A stretch of 64,000 bases of DNA from Owenia fusiformis (lineage: Eukaryota): positions 14,384,001 through 14,448,000 of the forward strand of contig CAIIXF020000001.1 of assembly GCA_903813345.2 (NCBI GenBank), read 5' to 3'. The position numbers and the translations under genes were made by a program. Under the pieces are notes generated by a model. The model was not told where the DNA came from and did not search any database. It saw only the letters and a program-made list of their open reading frames with translations. Below are positions 25,537 to 37,659 of the stretch, piece by piece (within the stretch, counting starts at the first letter, position 1; every line of letters starts with the position of its first letter).

Positions 25537-28500
25537 ATGTTTAACTTGATAGGAAGGAGATCATGTGGTTTCTCAAAGGCTGTTAAACAGATTTACTGCT
25601 CTCAGCATCGGTATTCTTCAAAACAGGTGAATTCCAATCGAATTGAAATTTTTACAATTTTAAAATTTTTTCAACAATCTTTCAGTGTATTTTATCCATT
25701 GGATCTGTTGGATCTTGCTGTCAAATAAAATAAAAACATTTTGGAATCACTCTTCAGTACAGTTACGCATGTATTCGATCAATACAATGTGCTGTACTTA
25801 TGCATTTACCCCTGGCATTTACTTATCCAAGACGAATTCTAGTCTTTGGAGCCTTCAATAGAACCACACGTTAGATTTCAAAAGTTAAAATCTAATGTGT
25901 AATCTATTGCCCAATTTAAAGATTGAAGTGTATATCTCTGCAATTTGAGACAGTCGCTTCTGTTTTTGGGTTTGAGAGAATGTTTAGGCTCACAGGCATC
26001 GGAACAGATAGAAGTTATCCCGTACCAGGACTATAGTCCTGCAATGAGAGCATTCTTTTGCCTGTACGATTACAACTTGGGAGAATTATCTACGCCCCTT
26101 ACACTTAAGATACCAACTTCAATTGATTCCTGGATATTTTAGCATTCTTTTCGTGTAGTTGAATCCACAATTGTCTGGGTATATCGGCAGAACGGGAACA
26201 TTTTTCTTTTTCATCGAGAGATATTCCATCACTTTCCAAGATGGCGGTTGGATTTAAAAGGGGATTCCCCGTTTGACTGACCCGGAAGTGGCCCGGAAGC
26301 ACCAAAAATGGAGGAATTTGACGGTTGAAATAAGTTAAATATTACACGCAAATATTGTGATTAAAAACGAAAATTTCTTTGTTCTGCCGATAAACCCAGA
26401 CAATTGTGGATTCAACTACAAGAAAAGAATGCTAAAATACCAAGGAATCTATTGAAATAGGTATCTTAAGTGTAAGAAGCGTAGAAAATTCTCCCATGTT
26501 GTAATCGTACAGGCAAACGAATGCTCTCAATGCAGGACTATAGTCCTGGCACGGGATAAGATAGAAGTACCCTCCCACACTCAATGTACTAATATTATAT
26601 ACTTAGTACACAGAGTGGGGGGCGGGTAATTCTATCTGTTCTGATGCCTGTGTTTAGGCTGGTATTTAGAATCAATTGAGATGAGAAATATGTGCGTCGT
26701 CGGGGCAAGACCAGAATGGGATTGGAAATAGATAAGCATTTACCTGTTGTGATGTTGTAATTTTGTTTTTTACTAATATAGATATTCGATTCATGTAAGT
26801 ACACCCCTGCGAGTATACCACTAGTAGGTAGTCTAGCTCTACTTGGTACTAGTTGTAAATGTAATCTAATCATCTCTAATCTTACAATTACTTATAGTCA
26901 AACAGTAAAACCTGTCTTAGTGAACACCTGTCTCTAGAAGACACTGACACCCTTCCTCCTCACATACTCATTGACTTCTGTATAAATTAACCTCTCTGTT
27001 GTGAACGCCTACAATCAACATTGATACCCAAGCAAAAAAAGTTCAATATAAACAGGTTTTACTTTACATATATATTTTGATTCAGTTGTATTCAAATATT
27101 CTTGAATTATTGTTTAGCAATTGTATCTTAAAACTATTATCATAAATGGCATTGTTTGTTCCAGTTATCTTCTTCAAAGTTTCTTCACCTATCAGCATTG
27201 GGAGAAGAATCCAGTCTCTGTGTAAACTGTACTGCTCATAGGTACCTATCCACAAGCGCAAGACAATGTGCTGACAAATCTGGGCAGCCAGGTGACCCTA
27301 TGCAGGGCAAAGGGGTAAGTTCACTTAAAGAAAGAATATTTCAGCATTTTGATTTTCAGAATTTTCTGACATACATGTACTTGTACATGAGTTTATCCAA
27401 TTTGTAAATAAAAAAATTCAGGGTATTGAGAGTATGTAAACATTGCCAAATCTTTGGTCAAGAATTAAGAAATACAACTTCTTGTTTTTAAATATTTTCA
27501 GCCTATTTCCTGGAAGAGCTTGTTGGTAGCATTAGGTCTCGGTGGTTCACTGCTGTTCTATGTGCAGATGGTCAAGAAAGAGAAAGAAAAAGGTAAAATA
27601 TTACACTAGTTATGTCACCTCCAAAAGATGATGACATTTTTTTATGGTCTCTGTTTTTTGTGACGGCGATTGGCGTCTGTATATAAAACGGTCTTGACAT
27701 TTTGCATAAATGCCTTGTTTATTACATGTGTTTAATTGACTATGTGGGTAACTAACTAGGTATATGGGTAATAGCAGAAGAGATTTCCCTTAGTTCAACT
27801 CAACTTATCAGTGGTTGTCTTTTTGAGGGCAAATGACCCATTTTTCAATGAGACATTTGATACTACATCAGAACATTCTCTGTTGTTAGCTGCTCTCACA
27901 AAGCTTACATAGTTAATATTGATATTGAGAACAGAAATTGACATTGAGAACCCATTGTTGTCTTTATCCTTCTGTGATGAAACAGAGAGAGATGCTATGA
28001 GTATCAGAATGTTGAGAACCGAAATTTTGAATATATATATCCACTTCAGAGAAGGATAAAGAAAGGAAGCGGGCAGTAGGAAAGGCTAAGATTGGTGGAG
28101 AGTGGGAGCTGGTGGACCACAATAATAAACTACGTAGCAGTAAAGACTTTCATGGCCAGTGGTGTCTCTTATACTTTGGCTTCACGCATTGTCCTGATAT
28201 CTGCCCTGAGGAACTTGATAAGATGGTCCAAGTTGTAGATGAAATAGGTAAAAACTGTTATGATTTTTTTATTGCAATAATTTAGAAATGTACATGCTTC
28301 CCCAGAAAAAGGACAGTAAAACTACATGTATATTCAATTCAATTTACCTTTTGAATACCAAAACATTTTTCATTTTCCACTTACTTTTGCAATATTTCTG
28401 TCTTAATATAAAATGTTTATTTTGGTAATATTACTGATCATAGAAAAATTACACACATATAAATACATATTTTGTGTAGCTGAACAAAATGTTATCAATG

Positions 28501-30195
28501 TTGGAACCATTTTAGTGAGAATATTGTGAATAATATATCAGTCACTCTGAGTATTCAAGATGTCTGAAATTAAAAGAAAATGGGCAGACCTTGAAATGCT
28601 TCACATACTTCTGTATTTCTTGGCCCAGTTGCTCTGGCATGCCTTCTCTGACTGTGTCTTTGAATAAATGTAAATGTACATGTTCCAGATGCCATTAAGC
28701 AGATACCAAACGTTACTCCATTGTTCATCAGTGTTGACCCTGAGAGGGATACTGTCCCAGCTGTTGCTGAATATGTTAAAGGTATGGCTCATGTCTTAGG
28801 GATTGTTTCAAATGTATCACACTAAATTCTGCGTATAACCAATGTTATGAACTGCTGGACCACCCTTCCAACCTTGCAAAAGAAGCATCTATTTTCTATT
28901 TTAAAGCTTTAATTTAACTGGAAAATTGCACATTTAGTTAAAATATGTTGTCTTTTCAATCCACTAAAGGAAATAGATTTTGTGTAAAATAATACAAAAC
29001 ATACATGCATGAGATGGCATGTTGAAGTCACTGCAAAACTGTACTACAAATGAAGGGAATTGCAACCAGACATTGCTGTAAGCATTATAAATGAATTACA
29101 TTATTCATAATACTGATGTAACATTTTGTCCCAACTATAATGACATCTCTAAAAAGTGTATGTTTTAAACCTCTTGAAACTCAGGTTCTAAAATCGTTAG
29201 AAACCAGATAATTTTTCATTTTTGCCAGCTTTTTACATTTTAGACTAGTGCATAAATATACATGTACGAGGGATGATGCTCATTTTAGTAAAATTAGACG
29301 GCGGAGATCATTTCTTGACACTTGAAACTTTGTGACAGATTATCTTGTAACTCTGGGTTTCAAGGTCATTTCTGAGGTGACGAGAAATCTTGTCACTCTG
29401 GGTAGTCCAGGGTTTAAGGTAGTTTGTTGTAATTGCAGAATTCTCTGACAAAATCATAGGACTGACAGGCTCAAAGGATCAAGTGAATACAGCAACCAGG
29501 GCCTATAGGGTCTACTATAGCGAGGGACCCAGGGACGAGGACAATGATTATATAGTAAGCAAAAACATTTCAAAGTATATTTAGCAGTGGCGTGTTGCTG
29601 ATACTGTTTGGGGCTTGAGACATTGTCCTATTCGCAAATATTGAAACAGTATGTAATTAATTTCATTGAAGTTTGAAAATAATTTAATAAAGTTTCCTTT
29701 ATAAATATTACTCAAAACAAGGGAATTCTATTAAGAAATGAACTCTATAGCGTGAGACCTCTTTTGTTGCAATACAGACTGATAAGTGTAAATATCATTC
29801 TAATAAGTCTGAAGCAAATTTGGAAACAATCTGAAACAGATTTGCATATATTGGTATAAACTAAATAGATCCTAGGCCCTAGATACATTTTGATAAAATT
29901 AGCTTTGAATTTTTAACACCAATATTACTAGTAATCTCTCCAGCATCAAGCAGGATGGGGGGGGGGGTGGCACTGCATCCACTTGAGAAAAGATCCTGGG
30001 GAGAACACTGATTACTTTTCCATGTTCTACATTACAAGATACGCTCTTATATTCCAGGTTGACCATACAATTATCATGTACCTTGTGAATCCTGATGGTG
30101 AATTTGTGGATTATTATGGACAGAATAAAACTGCTACCATGATAACAAGTGGCATAGCTATGCAGATGCAGAAATTTAAGAACAGATCCAGTTAA
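25537..30195 (+). CDS. SCO1: SCO1/SCO2-family mitochondrial copper chaperone for cytochrome c oxidase; 7 exons, about 291 aa
   Basis: Exons 25537-25626, 27165-27314, 27502-27592, 28050-28247, 28689-28781, 29439-29554, 30058-30195; GT-AG introns, consistent phases, 876 nt. Basic presequence-like N-terminus, TM segment [22 protein letters not shown], CxxxC copper site [26 protein letters not shown], and [24 protein letters not shown] with the conserved His. Confidence 0.95.
26016..26558. mobile_element. Foldback (Mutator-like) non-autonomous transposon in SCO1 intron 1
   Basis: About 175-bp imperfect TIRs (TATCCCGTACCAGGACTATAGTCCTGCA... / ...TGCAGGACTATAGTCCTGGCACGGGATA) flanked by the direct repeat AGATAGAAGT at 26006-26015 and 26559-26568. 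Confidence 0.9.
26903..27064. mobile_element. Tigger-like MITE relative
   Basis: CAGTAAAACCTGTCTTAGTGAACACC...AACAGGTTTTACTT|TA. Confidence 0.6.
27610..27719 (-). mobile_element. HINE-like element, short copy
   Basis: Hairpin ATGTCACCT..GATGACAT, GGCG microrepeat, end AATGCCTTGTT. Confidence 0.6.
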
Positions 30196-30367
30196 CACCA
30201 AGTGTTTTCTCGAGGGAGTTTGTCTGAATATAATATTCCAAACATTACCTGTGATTGATATTCCCACGTGGGTGTTCATTATATTGTGTATGATATTGCA
30301 TGTGGTAATTGTGATGAACTGGACTTATACTTGGCTGTTTGCTTAATTCATTTTTGAACTAGTTGAA

Positions 30368-30475
30368 CTAGTTTTTCGCCCCTATACGCAAGTTTGACGA
30401 TCGATTTGCACGTCAGAATCGCTACGGACTTCCATCAGAGTTTCCTCTGACTTCGTCCTGCTCACGCATAGCTCA
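30368..30475 (-). pseudogene. About 105-bp fragment of 28S (LSU) rRNA; not a functional rRNA gene
   Basis: Minus strand reads GAGCTATGCGTGAGCAGGACGAAGTCAGAGGAAACTCTGATGGAAGTCCGTAGCGATTCTGACGTGCAAATCGATCGTCAAACTTGCGTATAGGGGCGAAAAACTA, recognisable as a conserved eukaryotic LSU core segment. Flanks are not rDNA. Confidence 0.85.
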
Positions 30476-30621
30476 AATTTGAAAAAATTGAAAAAAAGAA
30501 AAAATGTGAAAAAGGTGAAAAAAGAAAAATTGAAAAAAAGAAAAAAAGAGAGAGAAAATTGAAAAAATTGAAAAAAATGAGAAAAATGTGAAAAAAATTG
30601 AAAAAATAGAAAATTAGAAAA
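30476..30621 (+). repeat. A-rich low-complexity tract (GAAAAAATT-like units) attached to the 28S fragment
   Basis: About 145 bp of A-runs broken by TTG, GTG or G. Confidence 0.9.
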
Positions 30622-31458
30622 CTCTACTTGGTATAGGATAAAGCAGTTATGGACGGTCGGTTTGGATATAGCGTTCATCCCTCGTGAGATATGCACATAT
30701 TCGGTCCCTACAGTCCCTCAGGTAGATATGCATATCTCCCTCTGGATAAACCCCATATCCAAAACCTCTCAGTATATAACCCTTATTTATCACAAACATC
30801 AGTTTCACTTTCTAATACTGTGTGTAACTACTAACCAGATGGTCATATTTTGTTACATGTCTTATCCACTGAAATAGTTTCAGTCTCATGTGTGAACCAA
30901 TTTTATGGAACTTGATCTTTTCCATATTTTCTGATCATAACAGAACTAAAAACTCTTACTCTGGAATGCTTGGCTGATTTAGCATGTTTTTATCGCTCTT
31001 TGAGAAAGTGCTATATTGTCGGGCGGGCGGTCCTGCTTGCATGCAGTGTATGGACTGGCGTCGCCATATAAATCTTGTCATCAAAATTCAAGGAAAATCG
31101 TCTATCTGCTCAACTTGGAATTTCTACAAAGCAGTATCAACTTCTGATAAGATTTTGGCCATTCTAGGTTAAAGTGTGATTAATGTTATAGCCACCGTTT
31201 TTTGTGATCGGCGTTCGGCGTCTCACTCTGTAACAGTTTTCATTTTTGAAATAATATGTTTTCTTCGTGTATAGGAAAATTAACAGGATAGAAAAATACC
31301 AACTCTCCAAAATCCAATGTTTAGAATCTCCGGACACTTGTCAAAATGTCGGATTTATTTTCTAAAAAGGATCTTAATTTCTCTCATATCGTCTCATGTC
31401 AACAGTTTCTTAAATCGCACTGGTCAGTAAAGTGAATATATAATCTATAGTATCATGT

Positions 31459-31570
31459 TTATATCACCACTACAAGTAATGACAGTCTCCAACCTTTTTG
31501 TGGACTGTGTTCGGCGTTTGACGTCTGTAACAAATGGCAGGTGGTAACATTTTGCATGTTAATGCCTTGT
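31459..31570 (-). mobile_element. HINE-like element, short copy
   Basis: Reverse-complement similarity to 13511-13648 and 21845-21935; ends TTAATGCCTTGT. Confidence 0.55.
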
Positions 31571-32140
31571 AAGATTTAATATTTATTTCGCCTCCATTTT
31601 TGGACATAATAATGTTTAATTGTATTTAATCAATTAGTAATAATCTTGCTATTAAACTATTTATGTAATAAAAAAGGATGTTATTTTTAGAAAATAAAAT
31701 CACTTTGAAAAATATAGGTAGGGTCCTAATCCACCTTTTCGGAGATTCCGATCGATAATTTTACTATCCACGGAACTTTACTTGGTGGGAAACAATTATT
31801 CTAATAAGAAATATATATGAGAAGATCGTCAAAATTACTGTCTAAAATTACTTGCCATGTACCATACTCGATTCTTTATTTTTATTTATGAAGAAATACA
31901 GTTTGAAAAAGGGTATTACAGGGTATGCCCAGAAAGTGTGAAAGTAATATTCTGAATAAAAAATTAAAATCATTTTAATTTTATTTTTGTTCTCAAACCC
32001 ACTGTTATTGAGACGAGTGGGAACTTTTCAAAGAGTAATTGGAAACTAATATTATCATAGATATTTTTGAAGCGATGCGTTCTGGTTATGTTTCACTGCA
32101 TGACTGACTGTTACTCTTGTCAGGTTCAAATTGTTGTCTT

Positions 32141-33259
32141 TCAAGCACTGACTCCGTGCCAGTACACACCAGAATCGTGCGGCTTGAAGATCAAATGTAA
32201 TGGAATGATGAAATTGATAATCCAATAATTGCCGAAGACCCCTCTTATGTTCCTCCTACAACTGTTTGTATTGACCACCTTGATTTCGTTACCCAGCTCA
32301 AACGTTGTAATTCCATTGCTAATTGTGTAAAATTGGTCGAACACGAACTTCCAACAGATTGGACAGAACCATAGCAAGGAGTAACCAATCGCGACGAGGA
32401 GACATTTGAAGTACGATACGTCATAACCCATAATGCAACGGAAGACGGTCACGGGTAAGATAACGTCCATGCACCAGGAATCTGCCAGAAAATACCAGTA
32501 ACAGTAGGCTATGCCATGTACCAGAGAGAATGTCGTTGCTATTGCCGTCCACCATACAAATACCACAAAATGGCGTTGATTGTTGAGCCCGATGCAAGTG
32601 CCGGTGAAAAAGCAATGGTGGTCACGCTTGAGTATACAGGTTCTGCACACGTGACAGTGGTGCACCCTGGGAGGTCTCTCATGTTGGCACGTGATGCAGG
32701 GTTTCCAACTCCAATATGGATACGTAGACTTTTCGACACCAAATTCCGTCTTTCGGTGAATAGTAACGACATACACCTGAGTTTTCTTTTTGGTTGGCTT
32801 AGGGTCAATGTTTCCATTAGTTAATGCTTTTGGATTTGGAGTTGTTTTCGAAATTACATTTTCGTGATCCTTTTTATGATCTTTTATCATCCCATATTTG
32901 CCATTTGCCAAAGACAGCAGATTTATATAATTATACTCAGGCGTCATTAAATCTGGATCATAGACATATTTCGTGTCTACCAATCGAACACACAACCAAT
33001 TGAGCAACATTTCCCCATAGACGAAACAGGCAAATATTTGATTGAGTTTTAAAGTAATAAATTTTGTATAGAATAACGGTAGAATATATCCCGTGCCTAT
33101 GTAGAGTGTGCTCGTCATTGTCACGAGTAGCCATATCGGGCCTATGACAGAGGTGCGCTCTTGCCACCGGTTGCGTCTCAAGTAGTGCGTGTTGTGCTGC
33201 GTTAACCACTCCGCGTCTACCTTGATGACGCGCCTTGGCAAGGAAATCGTGTTTGACAT
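32141..33259 (-). CDS. ZDHHC22: DHHC palmitoyl acyltransferase, ZDHHC22-like, 372 aa, intronless CDS
   Basis: Cys-rich domain CITCQHERPPRVHHCHVCRTCILKRDHHCFFTGTCIGLNNQRHF, four hydrophobic segments and a TTxE motif (ITTFE). DHHCFFTG is typical of the ZDHHC22 subgroup. Probable 5'UTR intron: acceptor at 33338-33336, donor GTGAGT at 34163-34158. Confidence 0.9.
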   Translation of the reverse strand: MSNTISLPRRVIKVDAEWLTQHNTHYLRRNRWQERTSVIGPIWLLVTMTSTLYIGTGYILPLFYTKFITLKLNQIFACFVYGEMLLNWLCVRLVDTKYVYDPDLMTPEYNYINLLSLANGKYGMIKDHKKDHENVISKTTPNPKALTNGNIDPKPTKKKTQVYVVTIHRKTEFGVEKSTYPYWSWKPCITCQHERPPRVHHCHVCRTCILKRDHHCFFTGTCIGLNNQRHFVVFVWWTAIATTFSLVHGIAYCYWYFLADSWCMDVILPVTVFRCIMGYDVSYFKCLLVAIGYSLLWFCPICWKFVFDQFYTISNGITTFELGNEIKVVNTNSCRRNIRGVFGNYWIINFIIPLHLIFKPHDSGVYWHGVSA

Positions 33260-35099
33260 ATTCTCTGGCCAATCTTGGTAGAATGTTACCCTCGTTTAGT
33301 AGAACTATCTCTAGTAGCTCAAGAGACTCATATTTCTGAAAACAAATTCCAAAAGAGTAATGTAAACGTCAAATTTCACGCATTAGTTTTGCAGTTGGTT
33401 TCAACTCGCTGTAACTGAATTCGTATAAATACATGTCTGCGATAGAGTTAATTAATTGTGCATCCAGTTATTATTAAACTCGTCTTCAATGACGAGCGAC
33501 GATCTCTTTTAGAAACATCGCTTTATTTGACCATGATTGATATTAGGTTTATCGGGTAACACTGAACGGTGTCAGTTGTAATTCAGTGTATTAATTGGGA
33601 TATCCGGGGATTCAATTCTCAACACTTCGTAACAGACATCTTCATCATGTTGCGCTCTTATTTAATATATTGAAGCATATGGAGATAGATCTCAATTATG
33701 CAAACCAGTGTAATTGTTCAACATTTCAATAAACGTTACAATAAAGCTGTTTAACAACATTTTGTACAATCCCAGAAAGATTGAAATTCGTTTAGTTGAG
33801 TCAGTTTCAATGTTAAATTGTCAACCTCACAGTAACCTGTGATATAACCATTACTAGACTGCAGATACTACGCTTCTTATCCAAAAATACCCTGCACCTC
33901 AGACTCTTATAGTTTATATTAAAAGGAATTAATTTTCTGTGAGCATTTTTAAGCTCTAGTTATTATTTACAGGATAAGAAGATCTGTAACAAAGTTTGTT
34001 GATATTGCAAGTTTCGGGTCATTCTGGCTTTTGTTTTCAATTTTGGTACATTCTAGGGTCGGAAATAAACACCGGGGCCCTTTAATGAAAACATATTATT
34101 TTCAATGGAATAAAGATCCCGTGTTATTAAGCTATGAATAATTAGAATAATAAATCCACTCACCTTTCCCAATGGAAATGAAGAACATCAACTTTTTACC
34201 GATCATCGACATTATGCCTTGCTTCAACAACCATCGAGTCTAAACGTCCCTGCCAAAGTGCATCTGATTTGATTTAACAAAAATTCGACATTTGGAAGAA
34301 ATCCCAATGATAAATCAGTCTAAGCCCCAGCTGCCTAAACAGCAAAGCAAATACAAAGTTTAGCAAATCGAATTGCCACCCCATTGGTTTTCAATTATGC
34401 AAATGAGCTTCAAGCCTCATAAATATTATTTGATTTCATTTGACTATTTTCAGCTAATGTTGACCAATCGACCTGGTAAATGTATAGGAAGCTACTCCGG
34501 TGGTTTAATGTTTAGAAGCCCCAGCAGGTCAGTCATGATTGATATAATATCGGCTAACGTACAGATATCTATATCAATATTATCTTATAGACCAGAAGAC
34601 GTGAAGGAATTGGTCCCCTGATAACTCTTCTCTCCTCAAAGGATCTCCAAGATCAACCGAATTAAGACAAAAAAATATGATGCATTGGCTTATATTATTC
34701 CTTTTGAGATGTTTTATGGGGGTTTGCGGGTTATGTAGCATATATTATTTTCCATTCATTATCTAAACGGTAAAATGAAATAAATGTATAAATAATATGC
34801 TCCGTTCAATCCATCCGTTCAATTCATTTTGGAAGTTAAGTTACACGTTTTCATTGCTTTCATTCCATGGTCTGAATATTCTGCGACTGCCCCTTTGTCT
34901 GTTATTATAGTAGATGAATACCAGGATACTGGTCTATAGAAATCGCTGTGCTTCAAAACTCCTGACAAACAAGACTAACATTGTCATCTGCATGAAAAAC
35001 TATCAATTATCAAACTTAGGATATTAAACAGTTCCTCGCATTCTCAGTCGTATAGCACATCTGTAGGTAGAATCGTATGACAGAATGCCGCAAAGAGAG

Positions 35100-35311
35100 T
35101 CGTACGGAGAATACACCTAGATGGGCTGAAAGGGGAGTCGTATAACACACCTAAGTGGGCTTAACGGGGAGTCGTATAACACACATAGATATACGTCGGA
35201 GAATACACCTAGATGGGCTTGAAGGGGAGTCGGAGAATACACCTAGATGGGCTTGAAGGGGAGTCGTATAAAACACCTAGATTGGCTAAAGGAGAGTCGT
35301 ACACACCTAGA
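35100..35311. repeat. Degenerate minisatellite, about 35 bp
   Basis: ACACCTAGATGGGCTTGAAGGGGAGTCG recurs about six times. Confidence 0.85.
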
Positions 35312-35654
35312 TATTCAGAGAGTAGCGGAATAACATCATCGCAGGAATCGTTTCAAATTTTGGGAATCGATTTCCGGATGGTGAATAACCGAGTCTGTCT
35401 CAAGTTGGTATAATCATGGACCTCATGACCATTCATGAGAGAAATGACAGATTTACAACAGATGCAGTTAAGTAACGAACGTATGTCCAAATTGGTCTAT
35501 TCACAATTATTGATTCGGATCGCCCTCCACAAGTAAGATGGTCGTTAATGAGACAAATGCATTCTGTAATCAACTAATATATTAGCTTTTAGTACTCGTC
35601 TTGTCAGCGCAAAGTGGAATTTTAGGCAGAACTCGGACTACTCTCAGAAACATA

Positions 35655-36743
35655 CGAGGGGTGATCAATAAGTAATAGACGCTTTTTTAAACAGATGCTT
35701 TTATAGACCAATCCCTTTAATTTTCTTACCAGTGATACATCATTCAATAATCTATCAGCTCTAAAGATTTGAAAACAAAACAAAAATGCATGTTGATATA
35801 TCTTTATTTCCGTGAAGGAGGTATAGGTACCCCGGGACCGACATTTACGTCAAATATTTGAACCTATTTTACTTTGTTTAACATGCAATGCAGTTGAATG
35901 CAGGCTGAACGAAATAAACAATGATGGTCATGAATTATCCCATTTTGTTGTCATCGTTGATTTTGAATATTTTATCATCACTATGTGGTATTTATGCCAC
36001 ATTCATTCTACAGGAACCTCTACATAGTTCCATCAAGTGCTACATGTACACACTTCCTCATCCTCTTAACCCAAGATTGTGAGACAAGGCCGAATCCATT
36101 CTCTGCCATGGTAGCAGGATTCAGTTGCATAGCTTGTTTTATTTCATCAATGTCATTAAACCTGTGTCCCTTCTCTAAAGGAATAAGTTGTATAGAAATA
36201 GATAAGTCACATGTGGGCAGACCTGGACAAAATGGTGCATTGGCCAAGGGCTCAATGTTGAGTTCCAGGGATATTGTATTCTGAACATTTTGAAATCTGT
36301 TGGCAGGTGCATTGTCCATATGGGGTAGGGTGTTCCCTTCTCTCACTAACCCCTTCTCTCACAATGCAATTTCTCATATTGACCTGCAAACCCGACCATA
36401 CAACACTTTGACATCACAGTACTTACCGTTTATGTGTTACCAGTCAGGAAAATATTTCAAAATTACACGTAACACTTGTTGCATATAAAAAAGTTCAAAT
36501 CTAACTGAAATATGCCAAACTGGCTAAAAACTGAATATGTGACGTTAATGTCGGTCCCGGGGTACCTGTACCTCCTTCTCAGAAATAAGGATATATATAT
36601 CAACATGTATTATATATTTTGTCTTCAAATCTTTAGAATTGATTGATAATTGAATGATTTATCACTAGTAGGAAAATCAAAGGGATTGGTATATAAAAAG
36701 TATCTGTGTAAAAAAGCGTCCATTTCTTATTGATCACCCCTCG
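35655..36743 (-). mobile_element. Internally deleted mariner transposon with decayed transposase C-terminus
   Basis: TA|CGAGGGGTGATCAATAAG... and ...CTTATTGATCACCCCTCG|TA, about 200-bp TIRs. ORF 36346-36020 has HMDNAPA, APFCPGLPTCDL (degenerate PYSPDLAPxDF), KGHRF and WVKRMRKCV. Confidence 0.9.
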
Positions 36744-36960
36744 TACATGTAGAGTGCTTCCTTTAGTGAATATAATTTGGTCAAATGATTTATAGGCACG
36801 ATTCCCAGTTAAATGTCTACGGGATGAATGGCATTAGTTCCAAATAAACGATAATGTCCCATTTTGTTTTATGATGACCTAATTATTGTAAGAAATTGCT
36901 CAATAGGTCAACTCAACTCGTAATAAATAGCCTATTTTAATTTGTTTTTGAATTTGATTT

Positions 36961-37613
36961 TTATGTCATCACCAAAGAGTGGTGACATATTGTAATGGTT
37001 TCATATCTCATGTTATTGTTGTGGCGGCGATTGGCGGTTGGCGGTTGGCACCAGTAACAAATTCTTAAAACTTCCAATAACTGTTTAGACTGACTTCAAT
37101 TTTTTTGAAATCATATATGTTTTCCCGAGTTCAAATCTGACTTTATATTTAAGGTGTGACCGTCAATGACCTTTTCAAGGTCAAAAAAGGTCAAAAAGGT
37201 ATTTTCAACTTATTTCAAATAGACCAATTTTTTTCAAAATCATCTACTAGGTCTAAGAAGTTCAAATCTGACTTTAGATTTGAGATTTGGCCTTCAATGA
37301 CCTATTCAAGGTCATAAAAGATCAAAAAGGTATTTTTGACCTTGTTTCAAATTGACCATTTAAAAAGAATCATCTACAAGTTCTCAAAAGTTCAAATCTG
37401 ACTATAGATTTGACCTTCAATGGTATTTCGGAGGTCAAAAAGATTTGACCTTCAATGACCTTCTCAAAGTCAAAAGGTCTTTTTCAACTTCCTTCAAATT
37501 TACCAATTTCTTTTCAAAATCGTCTACAAGTTCTCAGAAATTCAAAACTGACTTGAGATTGAACTAATAATATTGTGAGCAACTAGGTGGTGTCACTTTG
37601 TTAATGCCTTGTT
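36961..37613 (-). mobile_element. HINE-like element with an internal tandem array of about 120-130 bp units
   Basis: Hairpin ATGTCATCAC-CAAAGA-GTGGTGACAT, GGCG(G/A)TT microsatellite, 3-4 repeats of TTCAAATCTGACT...CCTTCAATGACC...AGGTCAAAA, end GGTGGTGTCACTTTGTTAATGCCTTGTT. Confidence 0.7.
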
Positions 37614-37659
37614 TTATTTGCTAAAGGTCGCAAAAATGATAATGTGAAAAGTATGCCTC

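Noticed and set aside
30368..30475. Functional 28S rRNA gene
   Set aside because: Only about 105 bp long, with non-rDNA flanks.
30382..30696. 104-aa Phe-rich ORF
   Set aside because: It is a translation of the T-rich tract and the rRNA fragment.
32421..33272. Overlapping ORFs in other frames or strand of the DHHC gene
   Set aside because: Shadow ORFs expected in a GC-richer coding exon.
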